Origin: Minisyncoccota bacterium
Lineage (GTDB): Bacteria; Patescibacteriota; Minisyncoccia; Phycocordibacterales; SBAW01
Direction of reading: 5' to 3'
Assembly (NCBI GenBank): GCA_035546575.1
Contig: DASZWN010000002.1
Location: 32,681-96,680 of the forward strand
Length of the DNA stretch: 64,000 nucleotides
Shown: positions 53,607 to 63,460 of the stretch, one piece after another
How the letters are laid out: every line of letters begins with the position of its first letter
Position numbering within the stretch: position 1 is the stretch's first letter
Translations under genes and position numbers: made by a program
Notes under the pieces: model-generated
What the model was told of the DNA's origin: nothing
Seen by the model: only the letters and a program-made list of their open reading frames with translations
Databases searched by the model: none

Positions 53607-56189
53607 TTAGATTGTGCCGTTGAGGACTGCCCTCGTCTGCGGTCCAACAATACCAACCTGCGGTATGCTGTGCGCCTTCTGGTAGGCAATTACTCCTGCC
53701 TTGGTAAGAGGGCCGAAGGTTCCTGTGATTGGGCCCGAGTAGACACCCTCTGCTGTCAGGCGCTTCTGGAGCTCGGTAACCTGGGTACCTGTCGAGCCCA
53801 TCTGCATAGTCACCGTAAAGATAAATCCATCTGACTTGCCTGGTGTTGTGGTGCCGCCGGAAGCTTGGCCGTGGAGCGCCTTGTTGACCGAGTCGATCAC
53901 CGACTGATCTGCGTTGAATGACTTGAGGAGGTCAAGGATAGCGTTGATCTGAGCGTCGGTGAGAGCCTGAGTTGAAGCGCCAAGCACTTGACCGCCTGTA
54001 GATGAGCCTCCGATAAGGCCCACTACTACGCCTCCACCTCCTCCACCTCCTCCACCCCCGCCCCCGCTACTGGACTGCTGGGCGTTATTGACGCAGATAT
54101 GGTTTTCGAGGTGTTGGCCGGAACCGCAGCTCGGGTCAGGATTAATGGTAATCGTCGTGGTTGCCGAAGCGCTGTCCGCAATACCATCGTTAGCCTTAAA
54201 CTTGAAGCTGTCGGTGAATGCAGCAGTCGTGGTGGTTGCCGCTGGTGTGTAGGTATATGTTGCGCCGCTCTTAAGTACCAGCGTGCCGTACATTGGGTTG
54301 CTGGTCGTTGCGAACGTGAGCGTCGTGTTAGCGTCTGTGTCATTGCCTGTAAGCGTGATATCAACCGAGAGGCCTTGCCCTACAGTCGCAGTCTGATCTG
54401 CTACGGTCGGGATCGCGTTAGTCGGGAGCGCAACCGTAAAGCTTACCGGAGTTGCGATGCCTGCGTTGCCTGCAGTGTCGGTGCTCGAAGCGGTAATGGA
54501 GTACGTGCCGTTGGGGAGTGCGTTTGCGTCTGGCATGGTGATAGACCATACACCTGCCGCAGGAGTAGCTGTGTATGACTTACCGCCGAGAGCAACTTTA
54601 ACTACCGCTGTGTCGTTTGAAGTGCCCGAGATAGTAGTAGTTCCAGTTGTGATAGTGCTGCCGCCTACCGGAGCTGTAATAGCAACAGTTGGGGCAGTAA
54701 AGTCACCCAATATGACCTGATGCATGGTCTTTACACTGACGCTTCCTGTACCTGTTGTCGGTAAGCTAGCCAGATAATTGGATGTTGCCGCAAGAACGTC
54801 CGCAGAGGTGCAGTCAATGTCCGGCTGCGCAGGAACATCCGGGTCAGTGCATTGTCCCGTAGCAAGGCCCGTTGCGTAGTTTGTAGTTGCGTCGTTGGCT
54901 CCGGTGCGCACCTGGTGGAACATGAGTATGAGCCACACATTGTACTGGCGAGCGTAATCAATCCAATCTTTTATGTTTGTACCTGCCGGGCCGCCCGAGA
55001 ACTGGGTTGTGTTAGTGACATGCTGCATCTTGAGCTTGTACTTGTTGTCATTGCTGAGGTCGCCAAGCAGGTTGTATCCCTGGTCAACCGAGCGTGCAGC
55101 ACCGAAGGTAGTGCCAAGCGCGCCAACGGTGTTCTTAACTCCGGCAAGTACGTTGACTAGAGCTGGCGAATCGGCAGAAACGCAGTCACTGAGCGCCGGT
55201 GCGCAGTACGAGCCGTACGGATACGCAAAGCTGTCTATAGGTGCGGTTGGAAGAAGAGTCTTAAGGTCGTCAAGCGAACCCTTTAATTCTCCCAGCCACA
55301 TGCTCGGACGATCCGGATAGCTCGTTGGTTGTGCTGTAGTCGGGTCGTCTTTTGCAAGGTCAAGGTGGTTGCGCGTGTGTGCGCCAATGTCGTAGCCGCT
55401 GTTAAAGAGGGCAGTGATCTCGGCTCTATTCAGGTTATCTGAGTTTGCAACTGCGGAGCTTGGGGGGGTGAGGCGGGAGCCATCTTGGCCGGTAATAATG
55501 TAGTTGGTTGCCCTAAAGCCGTTGGCATTGAGACTCGAAGTGGCAACATCCCAGAAGGACTGCAAGCCGTCATCAAAAGTAAAGGTGACAATAGCTTGCG
55601 GAAAGGCTACTGGGTCGCCGCTCTGTGCAACTGCGTAGTCGTCAGTAATAAGGTCGCCTATATCTGTAATGGTATGCCCGATCTGGATCTGTGTTACGCC
55701 GTCCGGTACAAAGTATGTTCCATTAAACTGTGTCCAGGTAGACGGCTGTGGAGAGGCGTCACCAATCCACTGCGGTTGTGCCCCTGAGGCAGGGTAGACG
55801 AATACTGAGGTAGTCGTAGACGATTTGTACCAATCGCTGATCTTGTAGACTGTACGAGGGGTAACAGTAATGAAGCTGCTGGTCCAGCGGGCCTCTGAGT
55901 TGGCAGATGCTGCAGTTACCTGGATTTTTGAAGCAACTGCAGCACTATGTGCGTCGCTAGTGGTTGCTACGCCTGGAGCGGTAGTAATCGTACCGAATGT
56001 TCCGAGAGTCCATCCCGTTGGATTACCTGCTGCATCGAGCGTCTCGAAGCCCGGGTTCGTGAGCGCAACCGGAGTGTCAGCTGCAAACGCGAGATTTGCC
56101 GGAGTGGCTGCAAAGCCGCTCACCACGAGGGAGAGGGCGCTAATAAAAGCAAACGGGGCGCGCAAGCGCGCAAACACAGGGTTTTGCAT
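53607..56189 (-). CDS. Secreted polysaccharide deacetylase (CE4/NodB) with Ig-like domains, a poly-Gly linker and a C-terminal peptidoglycan-binding domain
   Basis: Signal peptide. NodB motifs (TFTFDDGLQSF; YDIGAHTRNH). C-terminal CGSGQHLENHICV-G13-VVGLIGG...GGQVLGAST plus PG_binding_1. Confidence 0.75.
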   Translation of the reverse strand: MQNPVFARLRAPFAFISALSLVVSGFAATPANLAFAADTPVALTNPGFETLDAAGNPTGWTLGTFGTITTAPGVATTSDAHSAAVASKIQVTAASANSEARWTSSFITVTPRTVYKISDWYKSSTTTSVFVYPASGAQPQWIGDASPQPSTWTQFNGTYFVPDGVTQIQIGHTITDIGDLITDDYAVAQSGDPVAFPQAIVTFTFDDGLQSFWDVATSSLNANGFRATNYIITGQDGSRLTPPSSAVANSDNLNRAEITALFNSGYDIGAHTRNHLDLAKDDPTTAQPTSYPDRPSMWLGELKGSLDDLKTLLPTAPIDSFAYPYGSYCAPALSDCVSADSPALVNVLAGVKNTVGALGTTFGAARSVDQGYNLLGDLSNDNKYKLKMQHVTNTTQFSGGPAGTNIKDWIDYARQYNVWLILMFHQVRTGANDATTNYATGLATGQCTDPDVPAQPDIDCTSADVLAATSNYLASLPTTGTGSVSVKTMHQVILGDFTAPTVAITAPVGGSTITTGTTTISGTSNDTAVVKVALGGKSYTATPAAGVWSITMPDANALPNGTYSITASSTDTAGNAGIATPVSFTVALPTNAIPTVADQTATVGQGLSVDITLTGNDTDANTTLTFATTSNPMYGTLVLKSGATYTYTPAATTTTAAFTDSFKFKANDGIADSASATTTITINPDPSCGSGQHLENHICVNNAQQSSSGGGGGGGGGGGGVVVGLIGGSSTGGQVLGASTQALTDAQINAILDLLKSFNADQSVIDSVNKALHGQASGGTTTPGKSDGFIFTVTMQMGSTGTQVTELQKRLTAEGVYSGPITGTFGPLTKAGVIAYQKAHSIPQVGIVGPQTRAVLNGTI

Positions 56190-56751
56190 ACGGACTGGGT
56201 TATTGCTAAATGAATAAAAGCAAAGGGCTTACGCACCTACATCCAGCAGTTTCCCAGTCCTGCTTGTCATGGATTGACGTAAAATCTACCACGCACTTTT
56301 AAAAATACAACCGATCATATATTCGGATACATGTTTTATGCGCTGACAATCTGTACAAGAGTTTTCAGTCGAGTATTGTACGCCGCGTAACGTGCTTTTG
56401 GTCCATGTGCTCTCGCTCGATTTTCTGAATCCTGTACTTCTGCAAGACACGAGGGTGAGGTGGGCCCAAAAGCTCCAGCTTAGGCTGGTTTCCCAGGGTT
56501 TTGGGCCCGCCTCGCCCTTGTGCTTTTTTGTTAGTATACGCTCGCGGCACTATTTCTCGGAATTTTTCCGAGATTTTTATTTTTGACAGAGGGGTTTTTA
56601 TATCCTCGAGCTCTTTTTTCCCTATCCACAGGCAAAAATTATGTACATGCGACAAAAATGACGCTATACTGTATGTACATTACTCGCGTTGAGTGATGAC
56701 CGAATTGAATGAAGGGGAACCAGCCTAAGCTCTACGAGCTGCATTGGCTGT

Positions 56752-59337
56752 ATGCCCATCTTTTTCGACTCATCAAAACGCAGAAAACTCTACTTCCGGG
56801 GCGGTACGGCCCTTTTTCTTTTTATTCTTTTAGGCGGGGTGCTCCTGTTTTTGTTTGGTCTCTCGTTTGCAACTTCGCAACACAAGCCGATTTTATACAG
56901 CTCTGCGACCGAGCGATATCACTACTACTACAGTGCAGCCAACGATAAAAAAGTTGCGCTCACCATACAAAGCGGCCCCGATGCCGACACCACCGAGCAA
57001 TTTATACGTGCGCTCAAAGAGTACAATGTGCCGGCAACATTCTTTTATGTAGGGGAGACTGCGCTCACACGGCCCGACCTGGTTAAAAAAACATCCGACG
57101 CGGGCTTCGATGTAGAGAGCCACTCGTTTACCGCGTCGCTTAATGCGCACGACTCGTATCGCCGCCTTGCGTTTGAGCTCCACTCAACCAGCTATCTCCT
57201 GGGGCAGATAACCGGCAAGCAGCCAATTTTGTACAGCCCGCCATACCAGCTTGGCATAGGTACCGACCCGACTGTTAATCCGTATATATCGCCTTCGCAG
57301 GACATGCTCTGGACGCTTGCGCTTGGCTATCTGCCGATAGGCGCCGACATAAATCCGCGCGACTGGCTTGCAACTACCACCGACCAGATTATTGCCGGTT
57401 TGGCAGGAGCGATCGCTGACACGCCAAACGGGCATATCATCGCGCTTTCCGAGCGCATGAGCACCGCCCGCGCACTGCCGGCTATAGTCGCGTATTTGCA
57501 TATGCGCGGGTACGCTATCGTGCCTCTCTCCGAGCTGGTAACGCCGCCAAGCGTGGTGGCACTTACCGCAACGCTCAAGCCCGGCGCTACTGATCAGACA
57601 AGTAATGGAGAGGTCTCCAAACTCCAATGGTTTTTGTATAAAGAAAAATATCTCGATGCCTATGCCCTCAGCGGCGTCATGGACGCGCAAACGACCGAGG
57701 CGGTCACCAACTTTCAAATGCGCAGCGGGATTATCGATCGCCAAAACCCGGACCCGAATACAAGCGGCATTGTAGGCCCTGCAACGCGCGCGGCGATCGC
57801 GGGCGTAGCGCTTAGCGGCGCTTCGCAGGAGAGTATCGAGATGGCAAGTGTCTCGCCGGCGGCATGGACGCTTGCGGCCGGCGCAGTTACGGCATCTTTG
57901 CGCGCCGCGTATATCCACGTATTTCCGGTTGTCGTGAAAGTGCTCATGAGCCTTACGGTCTTCTCTCTCGTGCTCGTGCTGGTGCGCTCGCTGGGGCTCC
58001 TTAGCCTCGTGATGTGGGGCAATGTACGCCGAAAAAACCCAAACTCCATGTCGCTTGAGCTCGGTGCAACAGAGTTGCCCGGTATCTCAGTGCTTATCCC
58101 TGCATATAACGAGGAGGAAAACATCGCCGCAACGGTAGAGAGTATTATCAGGAGCTCGTACCCCAAGCGCGAGATCATTGTGCTCGACGATGGCTCAACC
58201 GACGACACCTCGGGCGAGGTGCAAGCGGTAATCGACGCGTATCCGGCTGATGATGTGCGCATGCTGCGTCTAGTTAACGGCGGCAAAGCGACCGCGCTCA
58301 ACTCCGGCATACAGGAGGCTAAGCACGAGATCATCGTGGTGCTCGACGCCGATGCTGTGCTCGAGAAGGACGCGCTCCTGCACTTTGCAAAACATTTTGC
58401 TGATCCAAAAGTCGGCGCGGTCGCAGGCAAGGTTCGCACAACCGGCAGCTCCCGCGCACTCGACATCTTCCAGACACTTGAATATTCGATCGGGCAAAAT
58501 ATCGACAAGCGCGCATTCTCGCAGATCGGAGCGGTCGGCATCGTACCCGGCCCGGCAGGTGCGTGGCGGCGCGCAACGATTCTTGGCCTAGGAGGCTTTT
58601 CGACCGACACGCTGGTAGAAGATCAGGATCTCACGCTCACGGTGCTGCGCTCGGGCATGCGCGTGGTCTATGAGCCCGAAGCAATTGCGTATACCGAGAC
58701 GCCGCACACGGTACAAAACTTCCTCAAGCAGCGTTTCCGTTGGGTGTACGGCACCATGCAATGCTTCTGGAAGCATAAGCGCGTGATTGCCGAGAAGCCG
58801 GGGAGCGTAATCAGCCTGGTAGTACTCCCCAACGTACTCATTTACAATATTCTGCTGCCGCTTGCATATCCGTTTACCGACGCGGCGCTCATCTTCGGCC
58901 TAGTGTTTGGTGAGATGCACACGCTTGTGCTGCCGTTCCTCCTCTTTACCGCGTTTGATATGTCGTATGCGTTGTGGGGAGTATGGAAAGAGCCTGGCGC
59001 GTGGCGTTTGCTTGTAGCGGTGCCGCTCCAGCGCGTGGTGTATCGCCAACTTTTGTACTACAGCGTGATGCGCGGCGTAGTGCGCGCGTTCGAGGGCACC
59101 GGTTCAACTTGGAATAAATTCCGCAAAGTAGGGGAGACCAAACGTTTTTACGTGTTCGACATGCTTGTGCCGGTGCCGTCGCTTACCTCGGCAGAGCTCG
59201 CTCACCCTGCGGGCCAAGCGCTTAATCCGCAGATAGCCCAAAACGAGAGCCTCATGTCGCTTGCCGTGCTGCCGCGCACGGAGCAGCTTCCTATCGATGC
59301 GCAGCCTAGCCAGGCGTGGAACAGAAATATAATATGA
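56752..59337 (+). CDS. Fusion of polysaccharide deacetylase (CE4), a PG-binding domain and a processive GT2 synthase (PgaB-PgaC-like)
   Basis: N-terminal TM. NodB domain (FFYVGETAL...VESHSF). PG_binding_1 (LQWFLYKEKYLD...VTNFQ). GT2 with ISVLIPAYNEE, DADAVL and QRFRWVYG; C-terminal TM segments. Confidence 0.8.
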   Translation: MPIFFDSSKRRKLYFRGGTALFLFILLGGVLLFLFGLSFATSQHKPILYSSATERYHYYYSAANDKKVALTIQSGPDADTTEQFIRALKEYNVPATFFYVGETALTRPDLVKKTSDAGFDVESHSFTASLNAHDSYRRLAFELHSTSYLLGQITGKQPILYSPPYQLGIGTDPTVNPYISPSQDMLWTLALGYLPIGADINPRDWLATTTDQIIAGLAGAIADTPNGHIIALSERMSTARALPAIVAYLHMRGYAIVPLSELVTPPSVVALTATLKPGATDQTSNGEVSKLQWFLYKEKYLDAYALSGVMDAQTTEAVTNFQMRSGIIDRQNPDPNTSGIVGPATRAAIAGVALSGASQESIEMASVSPAAWTLAAGAVTASLRAAYIHVFPVVVKVLMSLTVFSLVLVLVRSLGLLSLVMWGNVRRKNPNSMSLELGATELPGISVLIPAYNEEENIAATVESIIRSSYPKREIIVLDDGSTDDTSGEVQAVIDAYPADDVRMLRLVNGGKATALNSGIQEAKHEIIVVLDADAVLEKDALLHFAKHFADPKVGAVAGKVRTTGSSRALDIFQTLEYSIGQNIDKRAFSQIGAVGIVPGPAGAWRRATILGLGGFSTDTLVEDQDLTLTVLRSGMRVVYEPEAIAYTETPHTVQNFLKQRFRWVYGTMQCFWKHKRVIAEKPGSVISLVVLPNVLIYNILLPLAYPFTDAALIFGLVFGEMHTLVLPFLLFTAFDMSYALWGVWKEPGAWRLLVAVPLQRVVYRQLLYYSVMRGVVRAFEGTGSTWNKFRKVGETKRFYVFDMLVPVPSLTSAELAHPAGQALNPQIAQNESLMSLAVLPRTEQLPIDAQPSQAWNRNII

Positions 59338-60665
59338 TCGCCGATAGATTTTGGAAAACATTTTGGACGCTGTTCGGAACAGTCGCGCTGGTAGGGCTTA
59401 CGCTCGCGGTTTCCTTATTTTTACTCTATACACGGCCGGTCGATCTTTTTGCTGCGGTTGGAGCGTCGTTCGATCCAAGCAAAGACCCGTTCCAAAACGG
59501 CACGCTCGGCAGCATTGCCGAAGCATTCTCGCTCAACGGCGGATATCTGTATCAAAACGCGCTTCCTGTGCGATTTAAGAGCTGGTCGTGGTCGACTGCT
59601 GCCGACTGGCGCTCGTCCGCTCAAAAGTTTTCTGGTGCGTACGCTATCAAAGCACAATTTATGCGCTCGGGCGGGAGTTTTGGGATGAACGGCCCTGTGG
59701 TTGAAATAAGCGACTATACGTCCGTCTCGCTTGAGGTGTATCCGGACGCTTCGGTAGGAGACCTATATATAGACTTGTACGGTGCCGATGGTCTCTCGAT
59801 AGGCAGGCAATCGCTCGGCTGGTATCTGGGAGATGCATCTCCAACCGCTGATGCAAATACTACTCAGCCTGCATTAGCGCCAAACGCCTGGCAGAGAGTC
59901 GTGGTGCCGCTCAACAATTTTACCGAAGGCGCACAGCGTCCGCCAAAAGTAATATCGGGTTTCAGCATCAGCAGCAAAAATGCCGGCACCGCCTATGTCG
60001 ATGAGGTGCGACTCACTAAAGACACGAGCACCCGCGCGCTCTGGGTTGCTCCACCGGAAGTCGCTGGAGCCGCATTTAATCCGTTTGCCACCTCCTCACC
60101 TGCAAGCTTGCCGTATACGTTTTCGCCTTCGCCGGAATCGCTCACGCGCTGGTACAGCTACTTCGGCATCTTTGCACCGGGCCCTAACGGCGAGATGCAG
60201 GCAGGACCCTCGTCAGAAAATAAAACCACGGGCTCCATGACTGTCTTCCGTGGCGGCTTGTTGTGGAACGATTATCGCGTAGAGACGAGTCTCGACTGGG
60301 GGCAGGTGAGCGCGTTTTCCGTGCTTGTCCGTTTTGTCGACGACGGCAATTTTGTGTCGTGCGCATTCTCTCACTATGGCGACGGTGCGCAGATCTATCT
60401 GGTCCGAAATGGAGTGTCGGAGCCTGTTGCACAAAGCCCCGGTTTGCCAACTAAGGCATACGAGCCATGGAAGGACGTGCATGTGGGCGCGCAGGTAGTG
60501 GGCAACCGCGTCTCTTGTTTGATCGACGGTTCGCCCGTGCTCTCCGCCGACATGCCGGGTACTAAAGGTAGTGGCACTGCCGGATTTGAGACATGGGATC
60601 CAAATACGTTTGCAGCGCCGCATACCTTGCACTCATTTGTGGTAACGCCAGTGAGTCGAGAATAA
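59334..60665 (+). CDS. Membrane-anchored protein with beta-sandwich (CBM-like) and concanavalin/DUF1080-like domains
   Basis: N-terminal TM helix. The C-terminus is FRGGLLWNDYRVETSLDWGQ...VLVRFVDDGNF. The first ATG at 59334 overlaps the upstream stop (ATGA). Confidence 0.5.
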   Translation: MIADRFWKTFWTLFGTVALVGLTLAVSLFLLYTRPVDLFAAVGASFDPSKDPFQNGTLGSIAEAFSLNGGYLYQNALPVRFKSWSWSTAADWRSSAQKFSGAYAIKAQFMRSGGSFGMNGPVVEISDYTSVSLEVYPDASVGDLYIDLYGADGLSIGRQSLGWYLGDASPTADANTTQPALAPNAWQRVVVPLNNFTEGAQRPPKVISGFSISSKNAGTAYVDEVRLTKDTSTRALWVAPPEVAGAAFNPFATSSPASLPYTFSPSPESLTRWYSYFGIFAPGPNGEMQAGPSSENKTTGSMTVFRGGLLWNDYRVETSLDWGQVSAFSVLVRFVDDGNFVSCAFSHYGDGAQIYLVRNGVSEPVAQSPGLPTKAYEPWKDVHVGAQVVGNRVSCLIDGSPVLSADMPGTKGSGTAGFETWDPNTFAAPHTLHSFVVTPVSRE

Positions 60666-60686
60666 ATTAATTATTAAAACAATTAT

Positions 60687-62693
60687 ATGGAACATATGCA
60701 TAAGATGATTGGACGGATAGGGCTTGTAGCGTTGGTGATGCTGGGCGGGTTTTTTATTACCAACACTCCCGCACATGCGGCAACCAACCTGATAACAAAC
60801 GGCAACCTCGAGACAGCCATGACCACCGACGCCGCCCGCCCGCAAGGCTGGACTTCGAGCTACTGGGGCACTATCACCGGCAAGTTTACGTACCCAGTTG
60901 CGGGCAAGGGCGGCGGCAAGGCTGCGCAAGTGCTGGTGACCAAGTACACCTCGGGAGATGCGAAGTGGTATTTTAACCATGTTGCGGTTACTCCCGGCAC
61001 CCCATACCAATTTAGCGAGGATTACACTGCAACCGTTGCAACTAATATCACGGCAGAGTTTAAACTGAGCAACGGCACCTACAGCTATGTGTGGTTAGGC
61101 GATGCTCCTGCAAGCACTGCATGGAAGACCTTTTCAGTAACGGTCACGCCTCCTGCTGGCGCAGTATCGGTAAGCATTATGCATGCCCTCCAAAAGGTTG
61201 GCACGCTTACCACCGACAACTTCTCACTCACCTCCGGCACTACTACGCCTCCCACTCCACCTGTTGCTACATCTACACCAATTGCAAAGCCGGTCATCGC
61301 TTCTTTTATCGCCACGCCTGCAAGTATTCTGGTGGGCTCAAGCTCGGTGTTGTCATGGAATGTTGCACAAGCATCAAGCACATCGATCAATCAGAACATC
61401 GGCATAGTATCGGGCACCTCAAAGGCGGTTAACCCAACGCAGACAATGGTGTATGTACTTACCGCGACTAACCCTGGCGGTTCGTCATATGCAACCACTA
61501 CGGTCACGGTCACCACTCCTCCCGCGCCGCCTGTTGCAACCTCAACCCCTACCTCCACACCGTCCGGCAATCTTGTTAAAAACGGCAACCTCGAGACAGC
61601 CATGACCACCGACGCCGCCCGCCCGCAAGGCTGGACTTCGAGCTACTGGGGCACTATCACCGGCAAGTTTACCTACCCAGTTGCGGGCAAGGGCGGCGGC
61701 AAGGCTGCGCAAGTGCTGGTGACCAAGTACACCTCGGGAGATGCGAAGTGGGCCTTCGACCACATTCCGGTCTCAAGCAATACGGTCTACCAATTTACAG
61801 AGGACTATATGTCAAACGTGGTAAGCAACGTCACTGTCGAGTTCCTCATGTCTGACAATACCTACCAGTATCTCTGGATTGCAGACCCGGCGTCTACCAA
61901 CAATGCATGGAGCTCAATCTCGTCGCAGATCACCGTGCCTCAGGGCGCAGTATCGATGACGATCCTCCACGCGCTGGTTAAGGTAGGGACGCTTACCATC
62001 GACAACGTGTCAGTTGTGGCGCTTCCCTCGAATCCATTCCCACAGGGTATGGTGACGCTCGCGTTCGACGATGGCTTGCTCTCGCAATATCAAAACGCTC
62101 GTCCGATACTCAATACCGCAGGTATCAAGGGGGGTTACTACATCATTACCACCGAGCCTGCAAGCGGTGATTCGGAGTACATGACTTGGGCGCAGATCAA
62201 GACCCTCAAGACTGAGGGCAATGAAGTGGGTGGTCACACTCGCACGCATGCAGACCTTACAGCGCTCACGGCATCGCAGGCGACAGCCGAGATTAAAGGG
62301 TCGTACGACGACCTCGTGGCGCAGGGTCTCACGCCAAAAGCGTTTGTATATCCGCTCGGCGCAGTAAATCCCAGCGTTGAGCAACTGGTTAAAAACGCAG
62401 GCTACACTGTCGCACGCGGCAGCTATTGGGGCTTCAATACGCCAACAAGCGACAAATACGACCTCTATGACATACGTCTCGATAACACGACCACGTTTGC
62501 AGCGGCAAAAGCATGGATCGATCAGGCTATAAGTGACAAGCGCTGGCTGGTACTGGAGCTCCACGATGTCCTCGCAAGTGGCGGAGATGAGTACGCAATT
62601 ACGCCGGCGCTGTTCCAACAGATTGTGAGCTACATCAAGTCCTCAGGCATCAAGCCAGTAACGCTTGAGCAGGGGCTCGGCTACATGCAGTAA
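60687..62693 (+). CDS. Secreted protein with two tandem CBM-like domains and a C-terminal polysaccharide deacetylase (CE4)
   Basis: Signal peptide. Two about-260-aa repeats each starting NGNLETAMTTDAARPQGWTSSYWGTITGKF. NodB motifs VTLAFDDGLLSQ and EVGGHTRTH. Confidence 0.75.
   Translation: MEHMHKMIGRIGLVALVMLGGFFITNTPAHAATNLITNGNLETAMTTDAARPQGWTSSYWGTITGKFTYPVAGKGGGKAAQVLVTKYTSGDAKWYFNHVAVTPGTPYQFSEDYTATVATNITAEFKLSNGTYSYVWLGDAPASTAWKTFSVTVTPPAGAVSVSIMHALQKVGTLTTDNFSLTSGTTTPPTPPVATSTPIAKPVIASFIATPASILVGSSSVLSWNVAQASSTSINQNIGIVSGTSKAVNPTQTMVYVLTATNPGGSSYATTTVTVTTPPAPPVATSTPTSTPSGNLVKNGNLETAMTTDAARPQGWTSSYWGTITGKFTYPVAGKGGGKAAQVLVTKYTSGDAKWAFDHIPVSSNTVYQFTEDYMSNVVSNVTVEFLMSDNTYQYLWIADPASTNNAWSSISSQITVPQGAVSMTILHALVKVGTLTIDNVSVVALPSNPFPQGMVTLAFDDGLLSQYQNARPILNTAGIKGGYYIITTEPASGDSEYMTWAQIKTLKTEGNEVGGHTRTHADLTALTASQATAEIKGSYDDLVAQGLTPKAFVYPLGAVNPSVEQLVKNAGYTVARGSYWGFNTPTSDKYDLYDIRLDNTTTFAAAKAWIDQAISDKRWLVLELHDVLASGGDEYAITPALFQQIVSYIKSSGIKPVTLEQGLGYMQ
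60798..60968 (+). repeat. Intragenic direct repeat, copy 1 (171 bp)
   Basis: Near-identical to 61581-61751 (one mismatch seen). Confidence 0.8.
61581..61751 (+). repeat. Intragenic direct repeat, copy 2 (171 bp)
   Basis: Near-identical to 60798-60968; the repeat period is 783 bp. Confidence 0.8.
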
Positions 62694-62696
62694 GCA

Positions 62697-63449
62697 CTAG
62701 GCCAAAATGTGCTTGATCAGCGCCGCAGTTTCGTCGGGGCCAAACACCTCGTGCGTGCGGATACCGGTCTCTATAACGGTTGCGTCATTGCCGCCTTCTT
62801 CGAGCGCGTCGCCGACATAGAGCATCTCAGAGACCGAGACGCCGGTAAGCTCGACTAGTTTCCGTATACCATAGGCCTTGTTAACCCCCTTTGGAGTGAT
62901 ATCGATCGACGTTGTTGCATTAAGCGCAACGGAAAAGTCGGGGAGCCTGCGCACGAGCGCATCGTATAAGGGCTTTCGCTTTTCTCTTGTCGGGTCCCAT
63001 TTGCGCTTTTCCTCCACGGGAGCATGCTGTCCAAGTGCCGAGAACGTGATCTCGCCGCCGCGGTCCTCGATCCGCTCGCCCCAGACCTTCGAGGGAGGTT
63101 CTGCAAAACCGGTCTCCTCCATAGCTTCTTTGAGTGCCTGCATGATCCGGCGCTTTTCAAAAGCGTTAAACGACTTGTCGTACTGCGCTTGCCAAGAGTT
63201 TTGCCTGTAGGTAAAACACTCTGCCGCGTTAGTGGGGAAAAGGTAGAGCTTCGCAAAATGCGCAGTCTCGGGGAATGCTGGCAGAAATTGAGTATCAATT
63301 TGCGGAAGTCCGGCACCGGAGAGCACTGCCACATACGCGTGGTTTAGAAGTTCGCTCAATAGCTCGCCCATTTCCGCCGACATAGGCTGTTTGCTTTCGG
63401 CGAGCGTGCCGTCGAGGTCAAATGCGACAAGTTTTGGTTTAAAGTTCAT
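62697..63449 (-). CDS. HAD-superfamily (subfamily IIB-like) hydrolase/phosphatase
   Basis: FDLDGTL motif I, cap-domain architecture, and GDALEEGGND motif IV-like. Confidence 0.75.
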   Translation of the reverse strand: MNFKPKLVAFDLDGTLAESKQPMSAEMGELLSELLNHAYVAVLSGAGLPQIDTQFLPAFPETAHFAKLYLFPTNAAECFTYRQNSWQAQYDKSFNAFEKRRIMQALKEAMEETGFAEPPSKVWGERIEDRGGEITFSALGQHAPVEEKRKWDPTREKRKPLYDALVRRLPDFSVALNATTSIDITPKGVNKAYGIRKLVELTGVSVSEMLYVGDALEEGGNDATVIETGIRTHEVFGPDETAALIKHILA

Positions 63450-63460
63450 GATGCCTGTCT

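Noticed and set aside
56365-56948. Small ORFs (56365..56655 minus, 56392..56586, 56501..56692, 56709..56948 plus) in the AT-rich divergent promoter region.
   Set aside because: They overlap one another, lack RBSs, have no recognisable domains, and sit where promoters for both flanking genes must be.
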